Part shown: positions 19,171 through 28,285 of the stretch, one piece after another
Position numbering within the stretch: position 1 is the stretch's first letter
How the letters are laid out: each line of letters starts with the position of its first letter
Virus record (IMG/VR): IMGVR_UViG_3300042923_000281
Coordinates: 124,001-188,000 of that record
Length of the DNA stretch: 64,000 bases
Direction: 5' to 3' (one strand)
Notes under the pieces: model-generated
The model's input: only the letters and a program-made list of their open reading frames with translations
Databases searched by the model: none
What the model was told of the DNA's origin: nothing
Program-made: the position numbers and the translations under genes

Positions 19171-20688
19171 ATGAGCGAAGCGGCTAATCTGAGGACGGTG
19201 CGCGTTCAATACCTTGTCCTCGATGACTCGCCGACTAAGTTCAGGGACACTCGGCTTCAATATACTGGCGATGGGGATAACCCCGCCAGTATCCGCCGCA
19301 TCAACGGCCAAGCTCTTATCATTGATCGCAACCCTCTGAACGTGCGTAGTGCACGGATGCAGTTCTCAGAGGACATCCAAAACCCGGCGAGTATTCGTCG
19401 GGTGACGGGTCAGGTCTTGATCATCGACAAGAGTCCAGTCAGCGTACGCGATGTACGGATGCAGTATTCGAGTGACCAGAGCAGTCCGGCCAGTTTGCGA
19501 CGGTTGAATGGCTTCGTCATGACCCGCACGGTTGATGGACAACCTGTAAAGGCATTGCGTCTCCAGTATCTGGAAGTGGTCAACGATCCACCGCGGTTTG
19601 GCATTGACCCATGGGTCCGCCTGATCACGGCTATCAACGGTAACAACAACACCCGTTTTATCCCGGCACACTTCACGCACGGTAATCCCGAGCCAAGCAC
19701 AGTGCCGAACAAATGGAACACCCAGATGGAGATCACGGCGCTGCCTGCCTCCGGATTCTCTGGGTCCATGAAGATTCACTTCCAGCGTTATGCGGTGGGC
19801 AAGATCTTCGATGGAAAGACTGCCGTGCTGGATCTGAATGGTAAGGTTGGTACTCATGACCTGATCCCTCAGATCAACGCAGCCTTCGGCACGACCTTTG
19901 TTCCGAACGATCTGGATGACGTCCCGATTGATCACGCTCGCAACCAATTCACGCTGCGCATTGCCAGCAACAGTTGGTTCTTCATCCCCGGCAGTGAAAC
20001 CGTCTACCAGAACGTGGCAGACCTCTCGCTGTTGTACAAGACTGTTGACTTGCCAGGGTTCGTCAAGAACACCGGTCCGTTGTCGGTTGTGGGGGCGAAG
20101 GAGAAAGTCAACGGCATTTACCCAGTCCGGGCAGATGACGGTACGACGTTCAATGCGTACGTGGACATGACCACCGATGGCGGTTACTGGGTACTGTTGG
20201 CAGACTGGACAGGGAACATGGGAACCACACTGTCGTACAACGAGACTATTGTACGCGGTGGGGCGTTGAGAGGCTGGTCGCGCGATGCGGTCAACCGCCC
20301 AGCAATTCCAGCCGGGAAGATCCTGAACAACCAAGCGTCGAGCTGGATGTTCCAATCTGACAACGCTACTTGGAAGACCTTATTCGGCGCTTACCAGAAG
20401 GCAGCTCCGATCGACCCTGTACCGCTCACATCGGCAGGTCTTGTGGTCGATACGCCAGAAGGTCGTCGTCAAGTGTTCGGTATCCGTTCGGGTTGGTCAG
20501 CAGACACTACATTGAACCTTGCCTTCGGTTTCTGGAGTGCGTGGGCCAACGTGGGTGGTTGTGGTGGTGCCAACGTCTTCGGTACAACCCGTGAATGCCC
20601 TGTGGCAGACGCTGGTGCGTACGCAGGACATGGGGACTACGTCTCGAACAAGCGCTTGTTTGTTCGTGCTGCGTCTTACAACCTGTAA
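19171..20688 (+). CDS. tail protein: N-terminal repeats, paralog domain and fibrinogen-like C-domain
   Basis: ~17-aa R..R.QY / SIRR..G repeats; WNT...LPASGFSG..FQRY; NGIY...AYVDMTTDGGYW. Confidence 0.7.
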   Translation: MSEAANLRTVRVQYLVLDDSPTKFRDTRLQYTGDGDNPASIRRINGQALIIDRNPLNVRSARMQFSEDIQNPASIRRVTGQVLIIDKSPVSVRDVRMQYSSDQSSPASLRRLNGFVMTRTVDGQPVKALRLQYLEVVNDPPRFGIDPWVRLITAINGNNNTRFIPAHFTHGNPEPSTVPNKWNTQMEITALPASGFSGSMKIHFQRYAVGKIFDGKTAVLDLNGKVGTHDLIPQINAAFGTTFVPNDLDDVPIDHARNQFTLRIASNSWFFIPGSETVYQNVADLSLLYKTVDLPGFVKNTGPLSVVGAKEKVNGIYPVRADDGTTFNAYVDMTTDGGYWVLLADWTGNMGTTLSYNETIVRGGALRGWSRDAVNRPAIPAGKILNNQASSWMFQSDNATWKTLFGAYQKAAPIDPVPLTSAGLVVDTPEGRRQVFGIRSGWSADTTLNLAFGFWSAWANVGGCGGANVFGTTRECPVADAGAYAGHGDYVSNKRLFVRAASYNL

Positions 20689-20694
20689 GCAAAT

Positions 20695-20731
20695 CGGCAT
20701 ATTCGGGAGGGCTTCGGCCCTCCCTTATTTT
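20695..20731 (+). terminator. intrinsic terminator with CGGCATA on its 5' flank
   Basis: GGGAGGGC-TTCG-GCCCTCCC-TTATTTT. Confidence 0.85.
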
Positions 20732-20817
20732 GCTGGACCCATCGTGTAATTTTTTACGACCTATCCTATGAGGTCAGGAATTCTTGATCTTTTCGTAAAC
20801 CTGCATCGGAGATCGCC

Positions 20818-21354
20818 ATGCAAATTGACATCCTCAAAAGTGGCCAAGAGAACTTCTTGCTGTTGGCTAACACTGCTAACAGCCAGACTCTGACTGCTGC
20901 TCAAATGACCATCGGCGCGCCTCAGGTGTTCGATGATCCTGAAGACACCAACCAGCGCAACACCCAGGTCACCATCTCGGCTCTGCCGGGCTCGACCGAG
21001 TTCAAGGGCGCGCAGACCCTGCGTTACACCCGTCTGGACGTGGCTGCACTTGTTGGCGCAAGCTACGAGTTCCAGACCACCGAAGAAAGCACCATCGCCG
21101 ACGTACTGGCCGCTGTTGCTGCTGCCAAAGGCCTGATCGCTGCCGATCTCGAAATCACCGAGACCGAAATGCCGACTTGGGACGACGGTACTGTGGACGG
21201 CGAAACCGCTCCACTGACCCTGAAGGCCAAGGCTGGTTCGTACGCCTACATCGGTACCGTGACCATCAACGTGATCGAGCCAGTTGATGGCCGTGAGCGC
21301 TTCGCTGACCTGTACGCCGTACAGGACCTGGACGGTTTCGAAGCTCAGGCTTAA
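20818..21354 (+). CDS. virion structural paralog (N-domain only)
   Basis: RNTQV..LPGS..FKG..YTRLDV; AKAGSYAYIG; ends LDGF. Confidence 0.8.
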   Translation: MQIDILKSGQENFLLLANTANSQTLTAAQMTIGAPQVFDDPEDTNQRNTQVTISALPGSTEFKGAQTLRYTRLDVAALVGASYEFQTTEESTIADVLAAVAAAKGLIAADLEITETEMPTWDDGTVDGETAPLTLKAKAGSYAYIGTVTINVIEPVDGRERFADLYAVQDLDGFEAQA

Positions 21355-21371
21355 TCCCGTACTTGCAGCAC

Positions 21372-21406
21372 AGAGCGAGGGCCATCGGCCCTCGCTCTTT
21401 ATGCCG
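21372..21406 (+). terminator. hairpin plus TTATGCCG between convergent genes
   Basis: AGAGCGAGGGCC-ATC-GGCCCTCGCTCT-TTATGCCG. Confidence 0.8.
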
Positions 21407-21613
21407 TTAGCCCAGAAGATTGAGGATGAGACCATCCAGCGTCTTATTGGTCATGGCAGTGCTCAGATCAACGTCACCGTTGTCATTAGGCATCTCCCAC
21501 GGAACCCACTTGCCGTCAATCTTGTTGTAGCCTTGCAGTACGTTTCGGTAAGTACCCTCGACCCTGACAGCAACACCAGTGGATTCGGGGTACGTTCCTT
21601 GTTTAATCCGCAT
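21407..21613 (-). CDS. small tail-fibre-associated protein
   Basis: V.V.G.Y...Y.KIDGKW beta motif; C-terminal LSTAMTNKTLDGL shared with the paralog array. Confidence 0.65.
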   Translation of the reverse strand: MRIKQGTYPESTGVAVRVEGTYRNVLQGYNKIDGKWVPWEMPNDNGDVDLSTAMTNKTLDGLILNLLG

Positions 21614-21625
21614 GACGCACCTCGC

Positions 21626-21877
21626 TTATTGCTGAGGCGGCTGAATGGTCAGCCAGATGTCACCATCGTTGCCAACAGCGTTGTCAGGTTGTTGGGTGCT
21701 GACATGCAGGTCACGCATGGCCATGGACTTGACACCAGCGAGCTTGTCTTTCTCTTCGGTGGTGTAATCTTCAGTAGAGAGTTGTTTACCCTCAACCTTG
21801 TCGACCTTGCCGCCCAGTGCTTGCAGGACTAGACCCGCATAGCGACTGATGGACGCTTTGATAGCAGTGATGTTCAT
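21626..21877 (-). CDS. small tail-fibre-like protein
   Basis: KVDKVEGKQLSTEDYTTEEKDKLAG and GNDGDIW motifs typical of phage fibre modules. Confidence 0.7.
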   Translation of the reverse strand: MNITAIKASISRYAGLVLQALGGKVDKVEGKQLSTEDYTTEEKDKLAGVKSMAMRDLHVSTQQPDNAVGNDGDIWLTIQPPQQ

Positions 21878-21935
21878 TGAGAGATACCTTCAGGCGCTGA
21901 ATAGAAGAAGCCACATAAAATACCCAATCCCTTGG

Positions 21936-21970
21936 AAAACAAAAAAAAGAAAAGGGGATGGCCCTTTTCT
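21936..21970 (-). terminator. intrinsic terminator
   Basis: AGAAAAGGG..CCCTTTTCT plus poly-T. Confidence 0.65.
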
Positions 21971-21971
21971 G

Positions 21972-22181
21972 TTAAGCGGTGAACTTGAAGACGCATGTCT
22001 TCTCGGAATGCTCAGCGGTGTCGTAGAACTCTACGTGTACGCCAACGTCGCTGATGGCGACTTCCAGAATGACACGGGAGGCCATCTTGCGAGCGATCAG
22101 ACGAGCGTGCAATTTCGACAGACCGGCTTTAACCAGTTCTACATAGTTGTCGATCATGCGGATGTGTTTAAGAGTGTACAT
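21972..22181 (-). CDS. small hypothetical protein (early-type insertion within the tail block)
   Basis: AGGAG RBS; own promoter-like motif and terminator. Confidence 0.7.
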   Translation of the reverse strand: MYTLKHIRMIDNYVELVKAGLSKLHARLIARKMASRVILEVAISDVGVHVEFYDTAEHSEKTCVFKFTA

Positions 22182-22231
22182 AGTGAATCTCCTACAATGG
22201 TTAATGAATAAGGGACTCCTTACTCATTGCT

Positions 22232-22239
22232 ACAATGTA
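22232..22239 (-). promoter_or_regulatory. putative early promoter variant TACATTGT
   Basis: Variant of the recurrent motif, with the same ACCC context as the 1237 site. Confidence 0.45.
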
Positions 22240-22260
22240 GGGTTGAAATAAATTCGAATC

Positions 22261-22288
22261 GAAATAGAGAGGGGACCGAAGTCCCCTC
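22261..22288 (-). terminator. intrinsic terminator
   Basis: GAGGGGAC-TTCG-GTCCCCTC-TCTATTTC. Confidence 0.75.
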
Positions 22289-22291
22289 CCC

Positions 22292-22738
22292 TTATGCCGA
22301 TTCGAAGTGACTGGCAGCGAACCACCGGACACCGTAGAAGAACATCCCTGCACGCCAACGGGCAATGCCTTCACCACGAAGAGCACGGTAGAAGATCTCG
22401 TCAGCTTGTTGGCGAGTCACCTTGACCTGTTCACCATTGACGGTAATGGTACCGCCACTGTATAGCCAGTCATGGATCGTTGCCGCCATGTCCCCGTAAT
22501 CAGCCAGCAAGGCGTACACAGGGAATAACACAATATTACGCAAGGCATCCAGCGATGCGTAGTTGGTCTTGAATCCCTTCGGCACCGTGATGGTTCCGTA
22601 GACTTCATCATCGAAGCTGAAGTCCGCGAGCATCAGGTACTCACGCTTACCCACCTGACGCGTGTCGAAGTTGGAGAAGCGTTTGAAGTATTTCACTTCA
22701 GCCGGGGTGTCTGTAAATTGGGGAAGTGGAATATCCAT
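22292..22738 (-). CDS. DUF1353-family protein
   Basis: ITVPKGFKTNYAS, AATIHDWLY, R.QAD.IF..AL...W....Y.GVR motifs. Confidence 0.8.
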   Translation of the reverse strand: MDIPLPQFTDTPAEVKYFKRFSNFDTRQVGKREYLMLADFSFDDEVYGTITVPKGFKTNYASLDALRNIVLFPVYALLADYGDMAATIHDWLYSGGTITVNGEQVKVTRQQADEIFYRALRGEGIARWRAGMFFYGVRWFAASHFESA

Positions 22739-22747
22739 AGCCGTTCC

Positions 22748-25300
22748 TTAGGAGGCGCTGTACTCTTGTGTTTTCCACACGCCTGGCGTAGGACGCAGGA
22801 CAACTTCACCGGTAGCGAGGTTGACCACGGCACACGTCCAGTAGGATGGAGTGTTGGCTGGGGTGTTGATGTTCGACACCTTTAACGCGTAGAACTTGCT
22901 TTCAGCGACTGTGAAGTCTTGAGTGAACTGACCGCCACCGTACGCTTTCTGCACACCGTCCATGGAGAAGTCAAAGACGTCATCCGCCTGTGCAAACACC
23001 CGGTAGTTACCTGCCGGGATAAACACGTTGGCGTAGTAGTCCAGTTTGAAGTTGGCAGGAACCAGCTCACTTCCGTAGACCGGAGAGAAAGCAAAGTAGC
23101 CAAAATCAATAGGTGCGCCTGTAACGGGGTTAGGCGGTGCCCAAAGAGCATACCCACCCGTAGCCGCCCATGGGCGAGAACCTGCCGTGTACGTCTTCAT
23201 AGCCGCGTTAGGCAGCACAATGGACGCCAAGCCTTGATCCTTGAAGTAGTCCCTCATCAGCTTCAGGTTGATCGGCATGTTCAAGACCAACTTGATCCCC
23301 AACCACGGAACCGTAGAAGCGATCTCGTCGATGATGGTCTTCATGGCCTTGATCGGAGTCAGCGTCGGTTTGTACGCACGGATGATCCGCATCACATCGC
23401 CCAATGACCGATGAGGGGTGAGATCTGGCTGGAACCGGTTGATTGTCATGGCACTGGTGTAACTGATAGGTGAAGCAATCACGACACTGAACGCATCGTT
23501 GTTCTTCACAGCCACAGGTCCCACACCACCATTGTCCCACGCTTGCGACAACACACCGGCAGCAGTCAATCCGATACTGCCCACCTTGACACCGTTCTTC
23601 AATACGTTGCCCGTAGCCGCTACCCCAGGGTTACCACTGAGGACGACATTGATGGTCGACTGGTTCTTTGCCCCGACGTTCAAGCGTTGGCCATTGTCAA
23701 CCGTCAGAACACCGTCCGAAAAGGACAGTTTGAAGTTCACAACGTTGTACTCGATCTTGAACGGGATGATCTCACCCGAATTCAGAATCGCTGCCACTCG
23801 GATGATGGTCTTGCCATTCCCGATATTGAAGGGTTGAACCTGACCGGGCGTCACGGACGCGAATGTGGCCACCTGCACCCGACTTTCAGAACCGCCAGCG
23901 CTGATACTTTCATCATTGGTCATCCCCGCATACAACGGATGGTCCCCGTACGTCGAACGCAAGAACCCCACGTTAACGGGTGTACGGTTGTAATCGCCGC
24001 TGAAGTACGCACCAAACTGCGTGATGAGTTTGTTCGCTGTCCAGAAGAACGCACCACCGAGAGCAGAGTTGTTGGCTTGACTGATATCGCTGATAACCGG
24101 TCCGTGGTCCGTGACGATGATCAGACCGTTACCCGCTTCACGATACGCCACCATGTTTGCCACACATGCGTCGGAGATCGCAGCCGCACCTGTAGCAGAC
24201 GACATGAGCAAGACACACGCATACTGGTCAAGTTCAGTAGCAGTGCAGCCCAAGACGCCCCCGGTGTAATCGGAGACATCTTTGAAAGTTGGCGTAAAAC
24301 CTACCGCGGCACACAGTCGGGTGAAGCTTGTGTAGAACCCGTTAGCCGCAGTGCCCTTGACTGGGTACGACCCGGTGGATATGGCATCACCCAAGATCAG
24401 GATCTTCCGATTACCGGCCGTAACCTTCTTTGGGTTGGCCACCCACAAGATTGCGTTGTACAAGTACTTAAACGATGCAGTAAGCTGCCCACGAGGGTCG
24501 TAGAGCATCTTAACGAGGTTGGTGTAACCCGATGCCCCGACTTCTGTCGAAGAGTTGCCTGGGAGGTCGAGGACGTCCTTAAACAAGGTAGCCTTGATGT
24601 TCCCATTCCGATCGAGGATGTACACGTCTCGGAAGCGGGTGGCAAAGTTACCTGCCGTTTCACCTTCGTAAGCCAACGACCATTTGATGAACGTGTTACC
24701 GGCACACGGACTCAGGTCGAATTCACGGTGGTACCATTGGTTGACGGCTCGACTGCCCAAGTTGGTGGCAGGATGAATGCTCAGACCGTTCTGGTCCTTG
24801 ATCACCGACGAAGCCTGACCCCAGTCACGCAACGAGTACTGAGTACTGTTGGCAGGGTCTGCGTTGGTCACCGCATCCAAACCCACACGGGCATCGATGC
24901 TGTCCTGCGCCATGTCGTAGACCAACTTGTCACCGGTAGCAATGGTGACGTTCTTGTTGGTGAACGCATTGTAGTAGTACAGGTTGGTGCCTGCCGATGC
25001 ACCCTGACATGTAGCACGGAACTCCATGGAGATCGACGCGTTAATGCCTTGGATCGGTGCGACGTTGTTGTAGAACTTCGGGAAGCCCCCATCATAGACC
25101 ACGTTGCCGTTACCATCTTGCGTCACGGCAATGAACGGGTTCGGTGGAACAAGCTGGTCGTAGGCCACGTACTTGGAAATTGACGGAGGCGCACCGTTAA
25201 CGCTGAACTGCAAGCTCTGAACGTTACCGCTCAGGATCATCTTGGCAGTGAACGGGGAGAGGTAGTAACCCTCTGCCACGTCAAATGAAATATCGGCCAT
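22748..25300 (-). CDS. large multidomain tail/virion protein
   Basis: 850 aa; beta-sandwich insert, central alpha/beta domain, C-terminal PA14-like AGNYRVFAQADD motif. Confidence 0.7.
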   Translation of the reverse strand: MADISFDVAEGYYLSPFTAKMILSGNVQSLQFSVNGAPPSISKYVAYDQLVPPNPFIAVTQDGNGNVVYDGGFPKFYNNVAPIQGINASISMEFRATCQGASAGTNLYYYNAFTNKNVTIATGDKLVYDMAQDSIDARVGLDAVTNADPANSTQYSLRDWGQASSVIKDQNGLSIHPATNLGSRAVNQWYHREFDLSPCAGNTFIKWSLAYEGETAGNFATRFRDVYILDRNGNIKATLFKDVLDLPGNSSTEVGASGYTNLVKMLYDPRGQLTASFKYLYNAILWVANPKKVTAGNRKILILGDAISTGSYPVKGTAANGFYTSFTRLCAAVGFTPTFKDVSDYTGGVLGCTATELDQYACVLLMSSATGAAAISDACVANMVAYREAGNGLIIVTDHGPVISDISQANNSALGGAFFWTANKLITQFGAYFSGDYNRTPVNVGFLRSTYGDHPLYAGMTNDESISAGGSESRVQVATFASVTPGQVQPFNIGNGKTIIRVAAILNSGEIIPFKIEYNVVNFKLSFSDGVLTVDNGQRLNVGAKNQSTINVVLSGNPGVAATGNVLKNGVKVGSIGLTAAGVLSQAWDNGGVGPVAVKNNDAFSVVIASPISYTSAMTINRFQPDLTPHRSLGDVMRIIRAYKPTLTPIKAMKTIIDEIASTVPWLGIKLVLNMPINLKLMRDYFKDQGLASIVLPNAAMKTYTAGSRPWAATGGYALWAPPNPVTGAPIDFGYFAFSPVYGSELVPANFKLDYYANVFIPAGNYRVFAQADDVFDFSMDGVQKAYGGGQFTQDFTVAESKFYALKVSNINTPANTPSYWTCAVVNLATGEVVLRPTPGVWKTQEYSAS

Positions 25301-25310
25301 GACTCAGTCC

Positions 25311-26225
25311 TTAAATGGGGTGTACGAGGACTTTGACATAGAGGTCGACAGCCCCGCCGGATTGGTTAGCGATGATGACGTAACGTTCGTCCTTGATACC
25401 GTAGCTGATAAATGATTCAGCGTTGGCGTACGCATTGAGCAACGGCGAAGAACCGTTGGTGTCTTTGGCCCGGACGGAGATCTCAGCCGTCTTCTTGTCA
25501 AAGGCCGCATGACCTGCACCCAACAGGGTCTGCAAGTCGTATTGCTTCACGCCATCAACTGCGACAGTGACGTACTCGTTAACCACAATGGCAGTCTGAG
25601 CTTTGATGTCGATCAAGGTGACATCAGTGACACGCCCTTTCGCATCTACGGTCAACTTAGGGATCTGAGTTGCGCTACCGTAGGCCCCAGCAGCCACACC
25701 CGAAGCAGTCAGAGTGAAAGCAGCCGTGGCATTGGCGTTACCGTCGAAGTTGACAGTCCATGAACCATCGCCTGTGAGGCTGATAGACCGTGCGGTAGCC
25801 AAGCGGGCTGGCAAAGGGATGCGTGCAGCGTTGAACACGCCACTACCGACCTTAGACGCATCCAGGCTTGGGATACGAGCTGGGTCAAATGCACCGGTGG
25901 CAATCTTTCCAGCATCCAGTGCAGGAATGTCACCGGCGATCAGCAATTCACCACCGACCACTTGGCCTTTGGCGTTGATGGTGACCTTTGGGTAGGTCCC
26001 TGCGGAAGCAATGTTCGGCAGGGTGACCGCGATACTGACATTGGCCCCGCCATGGATACTGGCAGAACCTAGTGCATCAGCAGTCAGGGAGAGGGTAAAG
26101 GGTGAGGTCAGTCGAGCAGCACTTACGGAGGCAGCATTCTTATCAAGCTTGCTGTCCACCCGCAAAGCGATTGCAGTCAAGATCCCTGCGAGTTTCTGTT
26201 TCAGTATATCGAGGCTGGGCGGCAT
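25311..26225 (-). CDS. tail fibre protein
   Basis: GTYPKVTINAKGQV / GAYG..IPKLTVDAKGRV repeats and IP.LDA.K repeats. Confidence 0.8.
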   Translation of the reverse strand: MPPSLDILKQKLAGILTAIALRVDSKLDKNAASVSAARLTSPFTLSLTADALGSASIHGGANVSIAVTLPNIASAGTYPKVTINAKGQVVGGELLIAGDIPALDAGKIATGAFDPARIPSLDASKVGSGVFNAARIPLPARLATARSISLTGDGSWTVNFDGNANATAAFTLTASGVAAGAYGSATQIPKLTVDAKGRVTDVTLIDIKAQTAIVVNEYVTVAVDGVKQYDLQTLLGAGHAAFDKKTAEISVRAKDTNGSSPLLNAYANAESFISYGIKDERYVIIANQSGGAVDLYVKVLVHPI

Positions 26226-26308
26226 GATTTACTACCTTGGTTGAGGCTGGGTCGGCCGTTAAAAAGAATCTGTACATAGGGATACCTTGGAAAAAATAAA
26301 GGGTGAGA

Positions 26309-26338
26309 CGGCATAGAGGCGGGCCTAGGCCCGCCTCT
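26309..26338 (-). terminator. hairpin plus ATGCCG
   Basis: AGAGGCGGGC-CTAG-GCCCGCCTCT-ATGCCG. Confidence 0.75.
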
Positions 26339-26340
26339 TA

Positions 26341-27144
26341 TTATCGACGACGACTCTCTTCCCATCGGGTGAGAGATGTACGGTGCCAGTAAGGCGAACG
26401 ACCCTTGTAACGATCAGGGGCTGGGAACACTGGTGCGTCACCTGGAACACGCCCATCGCGGTAGCGAGTAAGCGTAGTGTCGGAGACATTCAAGCGATCA
26501 CAGACCTGACGGATACTCAGGAAGTCCTGCCATCCTTCGTTGAACGAACGCGAGTAGAAACGATCCACCGCATCCACTTCATCATTGATGGCTTCTGCCC
26601 ACTGGCGGTTCATTGCATCACGAGCTTGTTTAGGCAAGCTGTCAATGAAGTGCCGTGCTTTGCCCGTGACCATCTGCAAGATGCTCTTGAAGCGGGTGAC
26701 CGTCCCTTGACGCAGGATCGAACCATCCACTTGAACACCCGAGACCAGACAGTCAATGGCCAGCAACATCGCATCATTAACAATGCGCAGACCGACCTTC
26801 ATTCCGCCATTACCGTGGAAGATCACCAATTCATGCTGCGCACGAGGTCCGAAGATCTCATCGTTAGCGCCGTGATGCTCGACCACACGGTGGACGTCAC
26901 GGATCATGTTGGTGTAGACCTCCATCATGAACAGCTCTTTGCTCCAGATGTGCAGGTGCTCGTGCTGTCGGATGGAATCCAGTTTCTCCCCAGGGACCAA
27001 CGCCAAGGCATTCCCTGTTAAGAACTCTTCCAGTTGGTACATCGTTTCCTTACCGCGTTCAGTTGGAACCACCGTACGGATGATCTCCACACGGTTGCGT
27101 TCTTGGTTGAACTGGAGGATGCCCGGTGTTGTCTTTACATTCAT
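26341..27144 (-). CDS. protein with C-terminal AlpA/excisionase-like HTH
   Basis: FLSIRQVCDRLNVSDTTLTRY....FPAP....GRSPYW..SL..W. Confidence 0.75.
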   Translation of the reverse strand: MNVKTTPGILQFNQERNRVEIIRTVVPTERGKETMYQLEEFLTGNALALVPGEKLDSIRQHEHLHIWSKELFMMEVYTNMIRDVHRVVEHHGANDEIFGPRAQHELVIFHGNGGMKVGLRIVNDAMLLAIDCLVSGVQVDGSILRQGTVTRFKSILQMVTGKARHFIDSLPKQARDAMNRQWAEAINDEVDAVDRFYSRSFNEGWQDFLSIRQVCDRLNVSDTTLTRYRDGRVPGDAPVFPAPDRYKGRSPYWHRTSLTRWEESRRR

Positions 27145-27192
27145 GATGATTCTCACATGGTGAGGAAAGGAGGACATGGGCCCTCCTCCCTA

Positions 27193-27429
27193 TTACTTGG
27201 TGTACAACGGATACCGGCACTGACCTACAATCGAGTAGATTGAATCAGGGTCGACACCGTGGTCCTTCTGAGCATACGCCTTCAAGCGCTTGACAGCCCA
27301 TTCTTTATCAACGGTAGCTCGTGCTTTGAACCAGAAGCTGGCCTGGATCGACAGGACGTGCGTATCGCTACGCACGGTGTAGTCAGGACGAGCGTTGGCA
27401 AGTGGCACGACCAGTTTAAGATCGCCCAT
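27193..27429 (-). CDS. hypothetical protein
   Basis: 78 aa with GGAGG RBS. Confidence 0.75.
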   Translation of the reverse strand: MGDLKLVVPLANARPDYTVRSDTHVLSIQASFWFKARATVDKEWAVKRLKAYAQKDHGVDPDSIYSIVGQCRYPLYTK

Positions 27430-27437
27430 GATGCCTC

Positions 27438-27758
27438 CTAGAAGAATACTTCGCCGCCAAGATCATGGAGGTAGAAGTACGCTTCCCTGTAACTGGCACT
27501 GTCCACCACAAAGCCAAAGCCGGTCGGCAGTGCTGAGAGGGGATGGTACCCGATGGCGTTGATGAAGAAGGCTTGGTCAGGATCTTTCTTGATCCGATAG
27601 GCTTTGCCTGGCTTGAACTTGTCGATCTTGATCTGGCTCAGGTCTTTGACCTTCTTGAGCTGGACCTTGATCAGGGTGCCTTTGCCGAAGCTGGCTTGAC
27701 GCAGGTCAACAATGGCTTCGTCATCCGGTTCTTCAACAGTCGGGGTCAGATTAGTCAT
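27438..27758 (-). CDS. hypothetical protein
   Basis: Start re-chosen at MTNLTP to avoid a long overlap. Confidence 0.7.
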   Translation of the reverse strand: MTNLTPTVEEPDDEAIVDLRQASFGKGTLIKVQLKKVKDLSQIKIDKFKPGKAYRIKKDPDQAFFINAIGYHPLSALPTGFGFVVDSASYREAYFYLHDLGGEVFF

Positions 27759-28038
27759 CGTCGCCACCGTCGAGTTCCCGGTCGAGCTCGCGCTGCTCTT
27801 GCTCTTCCGTAGCACGGATAGAAGCCGCTGCATCAGCGTCGTCTTCTGCGTGGCAGGCTTCATCCAGATAGATGTCGCGGATTTGTTGAGGTGTCTTGTT
27901 GGCGAACTCGCCGGATGCAATACGGGCATCATAGTCCTCCATCGCGTCTACTTGGAAGTCTTCCCCAGCGTCGATGATCTTCTGGGAAAACGGTTTGTCT
28001 TGGTCTGGCATGTAATCTCCGTTAGCGGTGGAGGCCAC
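27751..28038 (-). CDS. highly acidic small protein
   Basis: 95 aa, very D/E-rich. Confidence 0.7.
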   Translation of the reverse strand: MASTANGDYMPDQDKPFSQKIIDAGEDFQVDAMEDYDARIASGEFANKTPQQIRDIYLDEACHAEDDADAAASIRATEEQEQRELDRELDGGDDD

Positions 28039-28285
28039 CGCGTGTTAGGTGAGGGATTCGCTGGCTGCGCGGAAGGCGCTTGGGTTCCAGCGTTGGGATG
28101 CGAAGGTAGACAGGGTTCGGCACTTCATACTGCACCGTGACCTTATCGCCCGGTTCAATTCCCGCTGGCATGTGTACATGCCCGTGTGCATCAGCACAGG
28201 CGTAGTAATGCTTCCCGTCATCCGGGACATGGTCAGCGTAGTGAAACTCTACAGGGTTAATGAGAAGCTGTTTGATCTGGTTCAC
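28022..28285 (-). CDS. hypothetical protein
   Basis: 87 aa; GTGA overlap with upstream gene. Confidence 0.65.
   Translation of the reverse strand: MNQIKQLLINPVEFHYADHVPDDGKHYYACADAHGHVHMPAGIEPGDKVTVQYEVPNPVYLRIPTLEPKRLPRSQRIPHLTRGGLHR

Noticed and set aside
9689-21354. Diversity-generating retroelement or invertible fibre cassette
   Set aside because: No reverse transcriptase or recombinase, and no near-identical DNA repeats seen; paralogs are anciently diverged
26341-27144. Prophage integration module
   Set aside because: An Xis/AlpA-like HTH is present, but no integrase, att site or host genes are in the window
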